Shown here: piece by piece, positions 1 to 11,516 of the stretch
How the letters are laid out: the number at the start of each line of letters is the position of its first letter
Numbering within the stretch: the first letter of the stretch is position 1
Program-made: the position numbers and the translations under genes
Notes under the pieces: generated by a model
What the model saw: only the letters and a program-made list of their open reading frames with translations
Database searches by the model: none
Told to the model about the DNA's origin: nothing
DNA from: Epithemia pelagica
Lineage: Eukaryota > Protista > Bacillariophyta
DNA length: 64,000 nucleotides
Assembly (NCBI GenBank): GCA_946965045.2
Contig: OX337240.1
Span: forward strand, 1,922,001-1,986,000
Reading direction: 5' to 3'

Positions 1-76
1 TCCTTTGCCGTAGGAATATTGTCTAGTTTCGTGGTCCTCACGTTCGGAGCTTTAGCGTTCTGTTTGACCGTATTGA

Positions 77-2032
77 TTACAAAGTTTTGTCCGTGGCGCT
101 GGCCGTACTGCTCGCAGTTGTACTCGTAGCAGTCGTATTGGTCGTTGTGGCGGCTTGTGTTTGTGGTCCTCGATGTTGCAACAATTGATGATTCAACGAT
201 TGGAGGGCCGTAATCAATTCCGAAATTTGTTCCGACGAAGCAGTCGTCGTGTCGGTGGCTGTCTTGGTCGAAGGATGAGACGAATTGTCGTTGGAGTTGT
301 TGGTCCCCGCATGATGCAACACAGTCTGTAAGGCTTGTTGCAAGGTGGTTGTTGTTGTTGCCAAATGTGGTGTTGCGTGGTTGTTGGGTGCGCGACGAGT
401 GCTCGATCGACTCGTCGAGCAGCAACCGGCAAGGGAACACCAACCACCATGGTCTTGTGCGCGACGAGTTTTGTTTGGATCGCGACCCACAAAATCGTTT
501 TGATTGTCTTCCTCCGTGTATTCGACATCGTGTTGTTTCAATTGTTGATAGCGATACTGGTAGTGTTTGCGGAGTCGTCGTTGTCGTTGGACATGCCATC
601 CCAGCAAGGTGGACAAACAGGTCGCCAGTACAACCCAACTCTTGTCACATGAGGTCCCATGCAACAAGAGTGTCGTATGGACACTAAAGCTCAAGCCGAT
701 AGCACCCAAGACACTGGTCAATCCTTCCAAGGTAGCTTCTTCATGCCATCGAACCCACCATCCGCCAATCACAGCCATCAAGACGGTGACACACCAACCG
801 TAAAGAGACAATTCGTCATTCATGTCTTGTTGCTGAACATGGAGATTATTCGGGTAGTGATCCACATAGAGCCAATCCACTGTGGAAGTGTGCAAGGGTT
901 GGGAAAAGGTCATCAACAGCAAATAAACGACACTGCCGGTGACCAAGGCTCCCAAACAAAAGATTCCAAATCGCAAAAAGGTACCCGCCAACAAGGCCGA
1001 AATGAGTGCGGCAATGGTGGCCAAACTCAATTTCATGGAACAATCCAACCATGACGAGGAGGAAGACGAGGAATCATGGAATGGCACCGTAGAAGACGTC
1101 CAGGGAGAACCACCAGCCGGATACGAGGAGGAGGCTGTCGCCGAAGCATGCTCGTCGTGCCAGGCGACCCAGGCGGTCAAGACATGAAACACGAGCCACA
1201 CACCGACACTGGCTGCCGCCAAGACGGTGACGGGCCACAAACACGAGGCACCCCACCACATCAACCCCAGCGAAATGGGCAACACAATCAACCCTTGAAT
1301 CCAATACATGTCTCGAACTTCCGCCCGTTCGTCGGCCAAGGACAAACGTTGCCACGACGGCAGATAGGACGACGAGGAAGCATTGTTGGAACCGGAGCCT
1401 GGAGTGGTGGTAGTGGGTGTATTTTGGACTGTGGTCAGATTCCAATTCAAACTCGTGACAAAGCCAATGGCTCGTTCAATGTTTTGACAAGCACTCAAGG
1501 AAAGGGCTGTGGTATTCCAATTGTTGGAACTCCCACAAGAAGATGACATATAAAAGGAAAAGGAGTTGTTGCCATTGCTGGTTTGGTTGCAAGGGAATTG
1601 TATTGAATTGTTTCCAACGATGTCCACTGCCAGTCGTCTTGGTCGGAGACGTCTCTCGTTTTGGCTTGATGCATCCTTTGAAGGGTCGTTGAGGTTGATA
1701 CCGTCGTTGGAGGGCGGTCGCTCCAAGTCGGCCTTGAAAGTCTGTTGTTGTTAATGTCTTTGCAGTTGAGGTTGAGTCAATCGCAACGACTGGAATGAAA
1801 TAGGTCTCGCATCGGTCGTCTCTGCGTGAGCGACAACAACGACCGTCGAAAAAACAATAACCACAAGAAGAAACGTGGCAAGAAGCGACCTCGTCCGAAC
1901 AGACCCACCGCAACCTGACATTCGGGTCAGTGTCATTCGAGACAGCGCCATCCGGCAGCGTATCCGTTTCGGCTTTACTGGCTGTTGGAGGTTGTGTGAA
2001 GTAGTGATAATGGTGGTGGTGGTGGTCCACAT
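77..2032 (-). pseudogene. DUF4203 / TM7S3-TMEM198-like multi-pass membrane protein, interrupted by one in-frame TAA at 1751-1753
   Basis: ORFs 1751-2233 and 77-1726 are in the same frame and read ...QRH-TAA-QQQTFKADLERPP.... The upstream part has a signal-peptide-like stretch (LLATFLLVVIVFSTVVVVAHA/ET; ATGs at 2032 and 1951). The downstream part has about 6-7 hydrophobic helices with a DUF4203-like pattern (GLIVLPISLGLMWWG; FLRFGIFCLGALVTG; TSVLGAIGLSFS). Family call by motif recognition only. Confidence 0.6.
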
Positions 2033-2421
2033 GATGATCTGGTTCTTGAAGCAATCGGTAGTAGATTTACTTTGATAGAATGAGGACGAAAAACAAACAC
2101 TTGCAAACCTTTTGCTTCTACCAAACCAAAAGGATATAGATGAAAGCAACGTTGAATGCAACGTTAGAGGAGCTGAGGCGGCACCACCACAACAACAAGA
2201 AAAGTTGCGGTCTTTCCCCAAACGCCCAAACAAAAATGGCGCTTAGAAGACCCTACCACAAATCCCATCGCAGGTCGAAAGGGAGTGAACCCTTTCTTTC
2301 TCGCCTTCGCCCCCTTTCAATTCTTCAGTTCTATCGGCCCCCAATCCCAATGCGAGTATTGTGGCGAAATCACCGGAAAATCTGAAAAAGGCTTCGACGT
2401 TCGATGTGGCATGATTCTCGT

Positions 2422-2458
2422 ATGTTACATGTTACGCACATGTTACATGTTACATGTT
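2422..2458. repeat. Heptamer tandem array (ATGTTAC)x4 plus a partial copy, with a 4-nt interruption
   Basis: ATGTTAC at 2422, 2429, 2440 and 2447, then ATGTT at 2454. Confidence 0.9.
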
Positions 2459-2598
2459 GTTGGGTGCACAACACATCTTTGAGCCTTGCATCAAAGCTAC
2501 GTCCGGTGATGACGAGAAACCATGGGAGTGAAAAAGATTCTGTCGAAGCAAATGGAATGGGAAACATGCCCCCAATACCTCTTTCTAGCTAGAGGGGG

Positions 2599-2792
2599 CC
2601 ATCGCCGAGGGGCATGCCAAAATGCGAAACGGTACAATTCGTGATGGGCACACCCCGCGAGTTCAGTGTTGTTCCAGAAAAGATTTTCCAGTAGGCTTTC
2701 AACGTAAGCGGAATACACAGTATTCGCTACAAGCTAGAGAGTAGAGGGTTGAGGGAACAGGTCCCATCGCCGCTGGGCATGCCAAAATGCGA
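2599..2792 (+). repeat. 29-bp direct repeat pair upstream of the transposase (possible subterminal repeat)
   Basis: ccatcgccgAGgggcatgccaaaatgcga at 2599-2627 and ccatcgccgCTgggcatgccaaaatgcga at 2764-2792 (27/29 identical). Confidence 0.85.
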
Positions 2793-2925
2793 CTACAAAT
2801 GTGCGTGGGCGATACGATTGTGCCCGATGGTTGACCTTTTTTTCGTGCGTTGAAGTGTCGAAGATGATTGTGGATGCGTTTGAAGTTAGTTTGAAAGCAC
2901 AAAGTATACCAAATCAAAGAAAGCA

Positions 2926-5190
2926 ATGAATACTGCTGGTCGCGGCGGTCGCATTGAGCCCTACGACTCAGAGTCGGAGTATCTGGAGGACAATGATGTG
3001 GAGATGGGGGGAGAAGAAGAAGAAAAATGCCTATGGTTGGAACACAAGAAAGCCACCAGCAGCGTATGGAAGCACTTCCTACGGTCAGCCACCAAGGTCG
3101 GCAAGACGAACCGGTTCTACGCAAAATGCAGATACTGCAATAAAAAGATGGACGGCAAGCCTGACCGGATGAAGAGGCACATCCTCACGTACTGCAAGGA
3201 AGTCAGTTTTGAGGCCCGAGCCTCTGTTACAGAGGATGATACCAAGGAAAAGAAGTTGAAGCAAACATCTCAGAGTGACGTGAATCACCCCAACATGGTG
3301 TTTCTGCGTGCCATGGTGTGTAGTGGTGTTGCTTTCAGCTTTTCGGAGGACTTTTACTTTCGCAAGTTTGTGCATCTCCTCAAGCCTTCGTTTCATCTTG
3401 CCAGCAGGACAAGCCTGACCGACAAATACCTCAACAGCCTGTACAGTGAAGCAGTGACGGAGCGTGATTATTCTCTTCAGTCGCTGGATTGTGCAACACT
3501 GCTTTGGGACGGATGGTCGGATGTCAGCCACAACAGCATCTATGCCTTGATGCTGTTGCATGACCGTGACAAAAGCCAAATCCTCGATATCATCAGTCTG
3601 TCAAAAATGCGACACACGGCATTTAACATGGTTGATGTGACAGTCAGAACACTTGGTGACAGTGCTGTCAAGACAGAGAGTGTTCGTGGATGCGTCACTG
3701 ACAGTCCAACAGTGATGATCAAGTATCGGAAGGAACTACGCCACAAATTTCGGGGCATGGTTCCCATGCCATGTGCACTCCACGTTGCCAATACATTCAC
3801 AAAGGATGTATGTGCCATAGACAAATGTTGGGAAGTGGCGAGGGCCAATTGCAAGATCGTCAACTTCTTTACGAAGTCGCATGTCTGGTTTGCCTTGGCA
3901 AAGGACTGGGCTGGCATGAGGCCTGAGGGGAGGTGCACCTTTCAAGCACTTTGTGAGAACCGTTGGTACTTCATGTGTAAGGTGTGCCTCTCCATTAAAC
4001 ACTACAAGGACTTTTTGGAATGGGCGGCAAGGAACCAAGGGATGACTGAGGAGTACCCGTCCATACCCAATGATGTCCTCACTCATTTCAGTTCGCACCA
4101 CTTTGTAAAAAACTCCGACCTTGTTGATATTATCAAACCTATTGCTGACGTGATTGGCGAGTTGGAAAAATCAACAACTAACCTTGCCGATATTGTGTTG
4201 CAGTTTCTCAAATTACAGATTGCCTATGACTGCATTGCCGCGAGGACAATCATGCGCAATCCATTTGTGAATGACGCAATACTAAAGCTCTCTCGACGAT
4301 ACAAGCAGTACTTCAACGAGGATATCTATGTCATTGCGTTATTTCTCTACCCAAGGCACAGGGACCTTGCCATCAGTAGGTTCCACCAATTCGACACCGT
4401 CAAGAGGAGCATTCTTTGTCTCGTGAAGGAATGGGGATTCAGCAAGTCTGAGGCAGTCTCTATCTCCCAGGACCTCACCAAGTACAAGTCATTTCAATTC
4501 TTGCAGCCCCACCTTGATGCTGAGCCGAAGGACTTTTGGGCTCATACCCAACAATTCCAAGACCCCACCCGATTGTTTGCCCGTTATGTTTTCCTCCTCA
4601 AAGGCCATGCGGCCCCTGTGGAGACATTGTTCTCCAATTTGTCCTATGCAAAACCAAAGATCAGGAACCGAATGACTGCAAAGAATTTTAAGACAATGGC
4701 TATAGTGCGCAAGCATCTGAAAGATAGCATCCCTTTAGAGCACAGGGCAAAAAGGATGAAGAGGGAAACCACCACAGGAGCAGAGATTCCACAAGATCAG
4801 TTAACTTCTGCGCCTGCAGAGGAAGACCCCATTCAGAATGCATCCCTACTGTCTGGGATGACGGGAGAGGAGACAGAAACTGTGGATGATGTGGATTTTG
4901 AAGAAGAATTCGACAGGATGGTCTACGAAGTCACGGCACATGAGGGAGATGAAGTTACTCTGCGTTCACGAGCGACACTGGAGGACATGGAGGGTCCACC
5001 TCCCAGAGATAGAGATTGTGATGAAAATATACAACAACCATTCATTCACCAAATGTTTGACTTGGATGTCCTCAAGGCCACACTTGGTTCTACCGATACA
5101 GCAACCGTAACTTTTGCTCGTGGACAAACAGCAGATGATGAAGGTGGCACTGACAGCGACTACAACATAGATGAAATCCTTGATTGCTAA
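2926..5190 (+). mobile_element. hAT-superfamily transposase (BED zinc finger, DDE RNase H-like core, hAT dimerisation domain), 754 aa, intronless
   Basis: BED finger WKHF...YAKCRYCNK...MKRHILTYC. Catalytic D in LLWDGWSD, D in VTDSPTVM, CxxH in CALH, RW in ENRW, E in APVETLFSNL followed by KIRNRM. The ORF is uninterrupted. Element ends were not resolved. Confidence 0.92.
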
Positions 5191-5658
5191 GATCTTGGCC
5201 GTGCGCAACCTGCATTCACATCCCAGAAAATGGTCAAAATGCAGGCCTTTGGGAATAGGAACGTTCCCATTGATCCCATCGTTGAAATACCGTTCCCCCA
5301 ACACAACTAGAGACTCTGCAATGAAATTAATGTCAGGTGTCAGGTCCCACGTTGGATTCCTCGAAAGGCGTTTGATGATATTTGGGAAGATCGGAGCCAA
5401 AAAAGAGCGGAAAGATCACAGATGTGGAAATTGGGAAGTGCCAGAAAGCGGGTCACGAAAACAGACTTTTGTCAGTTTGTAGATAGGTCGTTGCACAAAC
5501 CATGAGACAACTTTAGATGATTTGGCTTTGTCCGAAAGATCCTACTCTATCCGTCCACGCACAAGGCTGCGGACAGGACATGTTGAATATCTAACTTTAA
5601 ACTGCATTCATTCATTAATGGTTATTGTAATGCCCCAATCCCTGTTGCGCTATTTGCA

Positions 5659-8600
5659 TCACGACATGGATGTCGTATGTTCGGAAGGAACAGCTCCCTG
5701 TAACCTGCTGTCGGACGCGTCATGAGCGCTTTCCACCTCCATGATGTTGGAACTCGAGGGTTTGGTCGCCGAAGCTTGACTCTCTTCATCTGAAGACGAT
5801 GAGCTTTCATAAATCCCAAGGACTCGTTCGAGATAAAACTCCCAGGCAACTCCCGTGGTGGAAAAGGACGGCAACACCAATGGTTCTTTTCGTTGAAGTG
5901 CGGATCGAATGGCCCACAATCGTAAAAATGTTTCAACGTCACTGCTAGTGTCGGCTTTTTCTTCTTGGGATTTGGATCGTCGTGAGGGGGATTGATCCAA
6001 CGAGGGTGTCGAAAGGAGATAGTACACCAACTCTTGTGGGCCGTGCAACTCGTGAAATCCCCGTACCCGCTCGCCCTTGTGATAGAGAAAGGGATCTTGG
6101 CCACCAGCCGATACGAGGCGATTCAATTTGTTGGCACGGGACCGCTTGTGTTCATCGGAACCAGGAGGATAACATCGATCCCCATTGACTTCAAAACCAG
6201 CTTTCAAGAGCTTGGTTTGAATTTCATCTTTTCTGACGGCACCCTCCAATTTGTTCAACATGTCCTCCGTGGCTGTAGATGGATAATAGGTAAACACGAG
6301 CCACTTTTCTAGCAGGGAGCGTTCCTCTTCCGACAAGTGTCGCAAGGGGTCCAGTGTTGGGGTAGCTGCTTGGTTCCGTCGACGTCCACGACGCATGGTT
6401 TCTTGCGTCAACAAATCATCCTTTTGTCCATCCTTGGAAGGAAGGACCGGAACGCCACAAAACAAAATGGCTTGCGCCAGTTGACTTTCATCGACAAAGG
6501 ACAGGTTCTCGTGTGCCTGGAGGGCGGAATGCGTCCATTGCCGAGTAGCAGTAGTAGTGGTTGTTCCACCCGTAACTTGTTGATGATATCCCAATTTCTC
6601 GAGAATGGGACGGACCTGAACAAAGGGGACACGGGGTTCGTACCACGGAATGACTCGAGGCTTGGTCTTTTTCGGTTTGGAGGAGGAGGTGGAGTGGCGC
6701 GATTTCTTGGATTCCGTCGCGCTTGGTTGCGTGGACTCGTCGGCACTCGAGTTGGTGGCGGACGACACGGACGACTCTTGGCTCGCACTGGCCTGGTCCA
6801 TAGACACATCCTCGTCGTCCTGGCCATGATCATTCGGGTCTGCTTGATTGTAGGACAGTTCCTCCATGGATTGATATAATTCCACCAGACGAGGATCCTT
6901 GGCCCGTTCGAGTACAAACGTGGGCAAGTCGTTGGGAGCCGTGGCCGCCCACACCAAGACGCGGCGTTCCGACTGGATTTTTTTCTGAGCCACTTTGGGA
7001 ATACCCGTACTCCCTTTTTTACTCGGCTGCCACAGTGGATGGGTATAAATGACACTTTCGGGATCGCCTCGCACGGCCGGCCGAAACTTGTCAAAGGATG
7101 CCCGGCAGTCAAAATAGTGCACATTCTTGGTGTGTTGGCCATGCGGGGCACCTCGCAAATACCAAAAACTTTGAAACATTTCATAGCAACTGTCGCGCAA
7201 CAATTGAGGAAGCTCCTCGTGGGTTGGTTCTTGATACTCAGATGACGACAACGACACGTACTGTCGTACTTGTTGGCTGGTCATGGCAACATTGGCAAAT
7301 TGAATCCATTGCGTCAATTGCTGAATTTGCTTCGCATCCAATCGTTGACTCATGGCAGCTTCGTAGTGTGGAGGAATGCCTTGTTGACACAAAAATTTGC
7401 GCACGGCGGTCAAGGACAAGGACGACAAGACTAGTGGCTCGGTCATTGTCTTGTCGTCGTTGGAGGAAAGAGTCAAGTTCCATTCTTCTTCTTCCTCTTG
7501 GCCCTGATTGGGGTGAATGCCAATGTGACGCAACAACTCCTTGGCTTGGTGAGGACGCAAAATTCGAATGGATGGATTCCGACGACGTTTCTTGGAGGAC
7601 GCTTGGTCCGCCGGTTTCTGGTTGGCCCGACGACGTTTCTTGGAGGGAGCCGCTTTTTGGCTGCCGACACTGGCCTGTTTTTGGCTCGCTTGGGAATCCT
7701 TGGGGTTCTTCCTGTTGTTTTGGTGGTTCTGGTTCTTGCTGGTCTTGGTGGAGGCCGCTTTTGATTTAGCACGAGACTGGGTTCGATGAGCCTCTTCTTC
7801 TTGCTCTTCTTCCTCCGGCTCGTGTTCTTGTTCTTCTTCCTCGTCGTCATGGTCCTGGTGGTGGGGTACTGAGGATGCATCTCCCTGCAGGGTTGTCCAG
7901 GTCATACCACTGACAACGGTACTGGCATGTTGCGCTCGGGAAATTTCCCTCTCCACCAATTCGTCGTCCTTGTACTCCTCTTCGTGTTCCAAATCTTCTT
8001 CGTCGTCGTCGTGTTCCCCATCGTACTCCTCCTCCTCCTCGGGCGCTTGCGACAGCGTCTGTTCTTGTTGTGGCACAGTGGCGGCCGCCAATGGCGGTCC
8101 CTGCCAGTCATATTCGTCTTGACAAAAGGTTTGCAAATCGTCCAAACTGGTAAAGTAGCCGACGCCCGGTCGACTGGCCTCGAGTTGACAGTGCGGTTTG
8201 AGATAGGCTCGTTTGACGGCACCCGTCCGGGGATGCGTCCATCGTCGGACCGACCAACCGGCAAATTCCAACAGGGACCAGACCTGGTCCCACGGACAGG
8301 CATGTCGTGGCATGGGCCAATCCTGGGACAAGGGCGGTCGGTAATCGGGATTGGTGTTGGGATCCAATGATTCAACTTTGGATGCTTGTTGCGGTTGTGG
8401 GACGTTTGAGTCGTTGTCCATCTCGGGTGGTGGTGGCGAATGGTCGTCAGCGTCCTGAGGCAGCGGCAGGTCGTGTGATGGGGACGGTTCCTCCACGGCA
8501 GGAGGTGCTGTCGCTGCCATTGGAACAGCCGCAGTCGCCGCCGGGTTTTGGGTGTGTGGTGGTGGTTTTTTGGGAGACGACGACAAAGTCGGAAACAAGC

Positions 8601-9906
8601 CGCGGGGTCGGGGCGGTGCTGGTTTTGGACCACTCGGCGCACCAACTGAGGCTACGGCTTGGTGGGTGACGTGCCACGGCGGCGAGGATGACGAAGATGG
8701 CCGTGGTTCCTGGAAAGCCGTGGCCTTTGGTCGTTGGTGGGTGGTACTCGTGGTTTCAAAGGAAGGGACTGGAAGGGAGTGTGAAACACGACGGGCTGTT
8801 TGTGGCGGAATCTCTCCTCCTCCTCCTCCTCCTCGTGTGGTGGAGGAGGATTGTTGTGGTTGTTGTTGCGTTTGGGTAGTGTGGGCGCGGCCTAGACGGG
8901 TCGTCGTCTCGCCCGACGACACACTAGCATGACTCGATCGTGGTGGAACGGATACGGCACTCTTACCCGTAGGATTCTCGCGACATGACAAGGACTGGAC
9001 CGACGGCGAGACGGAGGGCGCTCCTTGGTGGCTTTGGTGGTTGGTACCACTAGGAGGGACGATGGGATTCGGCGCTGCCGCCACCCAGTGGCTCGACGAA
9101 TGGTTGGTCTGCGTGTTGTGGTCGTATTGCATCACAGTGGCGACTTGTCGCAGAGCCAACGAAAAGGAGGGCAACCACGACCGAGGGATTTTGGGTTGAA
9201 TGGCAAACAGGGCCTTGTCCTTCCATGGAACCAGGATGCTGCGTTTCCTCTTGTGGTTGTTGTTGTTGTTTGGGGGGACGCAGTGCAATTCCAATTGATT
9301 GGTTCCCACAAAAAAGCCCACCACGGGAATGCCTGGTTGCGCCAGGTGTGTCTGCACCACATTTTGTTGGTTGCTGTCCGTGGGCGATGCCACGACATGA
9401 GATGGCGGCGGTTGCTGCAAGCCTTCCATCAATGCGGCTGTACTCCAGGCATCCAAGGCCTCGGCGGCACCCTCTTGCTGTTGAAAGGAGGCCAAGCAAT
9501 ACCAATGGGCTTGTTGAATCGACGCAAACCAAACGGCGGGCCACCACACACTGGTCGTCGGGGATGGTTGGTTTGGGTCCTGGTGTTGGTCCTGGACCAC
9601 GAGACTACGACGGTACCATCCAATCTGATTCTTGGAAAGGACACCCGCACTCACAGTGGTCGTGGTGGTGGTCGACGAGGACTGGACGGAATCAGTGTCG
9701 TCGTCCGAGTCGTTGCGGGTGGTTTGACCGGGATACGGGGTCGTCACCGTGACGGGAGGGGGAAGCTCCAAGGAAAACATGGGGCTGCCAATGGGAGGAG
9801 GAGGCGGATGGGTGGTGGAAATTGCACTGTGACTTTGTGGTGGATGTTGCAGTGTCGTGTCATGGTGGCCATGGGACACTGGCATGGCAATCCTGGACGA
9901 AACCAT
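5659..9906 (-). CDS. Large low-complexity uncharacterised protein with a degenerate PWWP-like N-terminal motif and a repeated L-x-x-x-G-(W/F/Y) module
   Basis: 4.4-kb stop-free ORF (5659-10119; first ATG at 9906, MVSSRIAM). Motif VWWPAVWF...PVVGFFVG. Acidic tracts, basic NLS-like clusters (KKRRR twice) and several similar globular blocks. Confidence 0.8.
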   Translation of the reverse strand: MVSSRIAMPVSHGHHDTTLQHPPQSHSAISTTHPPPPPIGSPMFSLELPPPVTVTTPYPGQTTRNDSDDDTDSVQSSSTTTTTTVSAGVLSKNQIGWYRRSLVVQDQHQDPNQPSPTTSVWWPAVWFASIQQAHWYCLASFQQQEGAAEALDAWSTAALMEGLQQPPPSHVVASPTDSNQQNVVQTHLAQPGIPVVGFFVGTNQLELHCVPPNNNNNHKRKRSILVPWKDKALFAIQPKIPRSWLPSFSLALRQVATVMQYDHNTQTNHSSSHWVAAAPNPIVPPSGTNHQSHQGAPSVSPSVQSLSCRENPTGKSAVSVPPRSSHASVSSGETTTRLGRAHTTQTQQQPQQSSSTTRGGGGGGEIPPQTARRVSHSLPVPSFETTSTTHQRPKATAFQEPRPSSSSSPPWHVTHQAVASVGAPSGPKPAPPRPRGLFPTLSSSPKKPPPHTQNPAATAAVPMAATAPPAVEEPSPSHDLPLPQDADDHSPPPPEMDNDSNVPQPQQASKVESLDPNTNPDYRPPLSQDWPMPRHACPWDQVWSLLEFAGWSVRRWTHPRTGAVKRAYLKPHCQLEASRPGVGYFTSLDDLQTFCQDEYDWQGPPLAAATVPQQEQTLSQAPEEEEEYDGEHDDDEEDLEHEEEYKDDELVEREISRAQHASTVVSGMTWTTLQGDASSVPHHQDHDDEEEEQEHEPEEEEQEEEAHRTQSRAKSKAASTKTSKNQNHQNNRKNPKDSQASQKQASVGSQKAAPSKKRRRANQKPADQASSKKRRRNPSIRILRPHQAKELLRHIGIHPNQGQEEEEEWNLTLSSNDDKTMTEPLVLSSLSLTAVRKFLCQQGIPPHYEAAMSQRLDAKQIQQLTQWIQFANVAMTSQQVRQYVSLSSSEYQEPTHEELPQLLRDSCYEMFQSFWYLRGAPHGQHTKNVHYFDCRASFDKFRPAVRGDPESVIYTHPLWQPSKKGSTGIPKVAQKKIQSERRVLVWAATAPNDLPTFVLERAKDPRLVELYQSMEELSYNQADPNDHGQDDEDVSMDQASASQESSVSSATNSSADESTQPSATESKKSRHSTSSSKPKKTKPRVIPWYEPRVPFVQVRPILEKLGYHQQVTGGTTTTTATRQWTHSALQAHENLSFVDESQLAQAILFCGVPVLPSKDGQKDDLLTQETMRRGRRRNQAATPTLDPLRHLSEEERSLLEKWLVFTYYPSTATEDMLNKLEGAVRKDEIQTKLLKAGFEVNGDRCYPPGSDEHKRSRANKLNRLVSAGGQDPFLYHKGERVRGFHELHGPQELVYYLLSTPSLDQSPSRRSKSQEEKADTSSDVETFLRLWAIRSALQRKEPLVLPSFSTTGVAWEFYLERVLGIYESSSSSDEESQASATKPSSSNIMEVESAHDASDSRLQGAVPSEHTTSMS

Positions 9907-10797
9907 TCTTTGGGTGCTGGACTGTCTCGTCACCACAAGAGAACAACAAGGCGAGAAATCTCTGCTGGAATGTCCGTGTGTGTGGAGATTCTCACACACG
10001 AAAGATAACAGTCCGTATCGAGGTGTGCTTCTTGTGGCAACTACTACTGGAGAGGATCCCTGGATGTTCTTCTTCTTCTTCTTCCCAACCAGAATGGAAG
10101 ATTCTCTCGACACAACCAATCACAAAGACACGACGGTGGTGTTGGTGGTTGCGGTTGTTGTGCTTGTGGCTCTCTCGTCTTTTCTCTCTCTCTCTTTGTT
10201 GGTTGTCGTGGTGTGTTGGTTGGGGATTGATTGTGTGTGGAGTGTGATGGAGGCGCGCGCGGGCCGAGCAAAATCCGTTGTGGAAGGGAGGCGCATCCCC
10301 CACCCCCATACAACGTACGTGTTCGAATTCATACTCGTGCGCGCCACACCAACCAACGGCTGGGAATTCAAATCCAAGAGCCGGGGGACTCGAACATAGC
10401 GCGAGGTGATTTACCCAAACGCACCATACAATGGATGGGTGCTCACTCCTCCCCCCCCTCCAATCGATACGGATACTGTCTCGATGATGACGACGAGTCC
10501 GAACGAAACTTTTTCTACGACGTAGTAGACGGCGTGGAGCGACAATTCTCGTTTCTCTCTCTCTCTCTCGTAATTACGGCTGTTGTGCGGTCGTATGGAC
10601 ACACGCAGTATTCTCGTTTCTCTCCTCCTCTCCTGATTGCGGCTCGTGTGTATGGAGCGTGGACACACAAGTGTTCTCTTTTTACGGCTGTGGATGTGTC
10701 TTTTGGTGGGAATGTGTTGGGAACAGACGTTTGTTGGAGAGGAATTCGGGGAGAGAGAGCGCGAGTGCCACTGCTGTCGGTGCATCACCATGGGGTT

Positions 10798-10827
10798 TGG
10801 TGGTGGTGGTGGTGGTGGTGGTGGTGG
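10798..10827. repeat. (TGG)10 microsatellite
   Basis: Ten perfect TGG units read directly from the sequence. Confidence 0.95.
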
Positions 10828-11516
10828 TTCTTTTTGGAGAGTCTGGATGGACGAGGAAAAAGACCTGTCATGGGATACTTTGGTTGTCGAGAGTCTTTTT
10901 GTGTGTGAGTGTGCGTGTGTCAGCGACATGTTTGGATGGATGGTGCCATGTGGAAATGCGGTACGAGCCATCGTCCCCGTCACCTTCATCTTCTCCTCCT
11001 CCTGTCTACCGAGGGAGTGAGCAAGCACAGTAGAACAAGCGATATAAATTTGTCGAAAACACCCTTGCCCCTGAAAAAAAAAAGCCAACTTCTGCTACTT
11101 CCCAACATTTTCCCCAAAACAAATCACTATGCGCAAACTCCCTTTTCTGCATCCACGACAAACAAAGGTTCCCATGGTTCGCCCCAGCAGACACACCATG
11201 GGAGACGCACGCGGTAGAGGAATTCACTCACGTCTCGTGCCCTTGCCACTCGTGTGTGTGTGTGTGTCTCCATGTTTTCCACTCACTCATTCCTAAAGTG
11301 CTTGCCATACTCCTAGAAATGTGAATCAACCTTTATGTATTTTAATTCCTACATGTATACCTATGGATCGTCCCATCCCGGCAAGTATTCCGCAATCTGT
11401 CTGGTGTTTCAAAGTCCCACGCCGCATTTTTGGACTAAAGAGATCCCATCTTTTGGTACGCGGTGGTTTCTCTAGATACCTCCGGGTCGGTCCACTCGAT
11501 CACTGCCACCGTTCTG

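Noticed and set aside
1742-1790. 49-nt GT...CAG intron that would remove the TAA in the DUF4203 gene
   Set aside because: It is shorter than any supported intron here (57-131 nt), has a weak donor (GTCGTT), and would switch the upstream part to a frame lacking the signal peptide.
2566-5643. Candidate hAT termini (TAGAG at 2590/2735/2742 versus CTCTA at 5545; ATGCCCC(C)AAT at 2566 and 5630)
   Set aside because: The matches are only 5-7 bp, do not extend as inverted repeats, and give no identical 8-bp TSD.
10231-11088. ORFs of 225 aa on both strands containing poly-Trp or poly-Pro
   Set aside because: They arise from the (TGG)10 microsatellite and CT/GT-rich intergenic sequence; no domain or protein-like composition.
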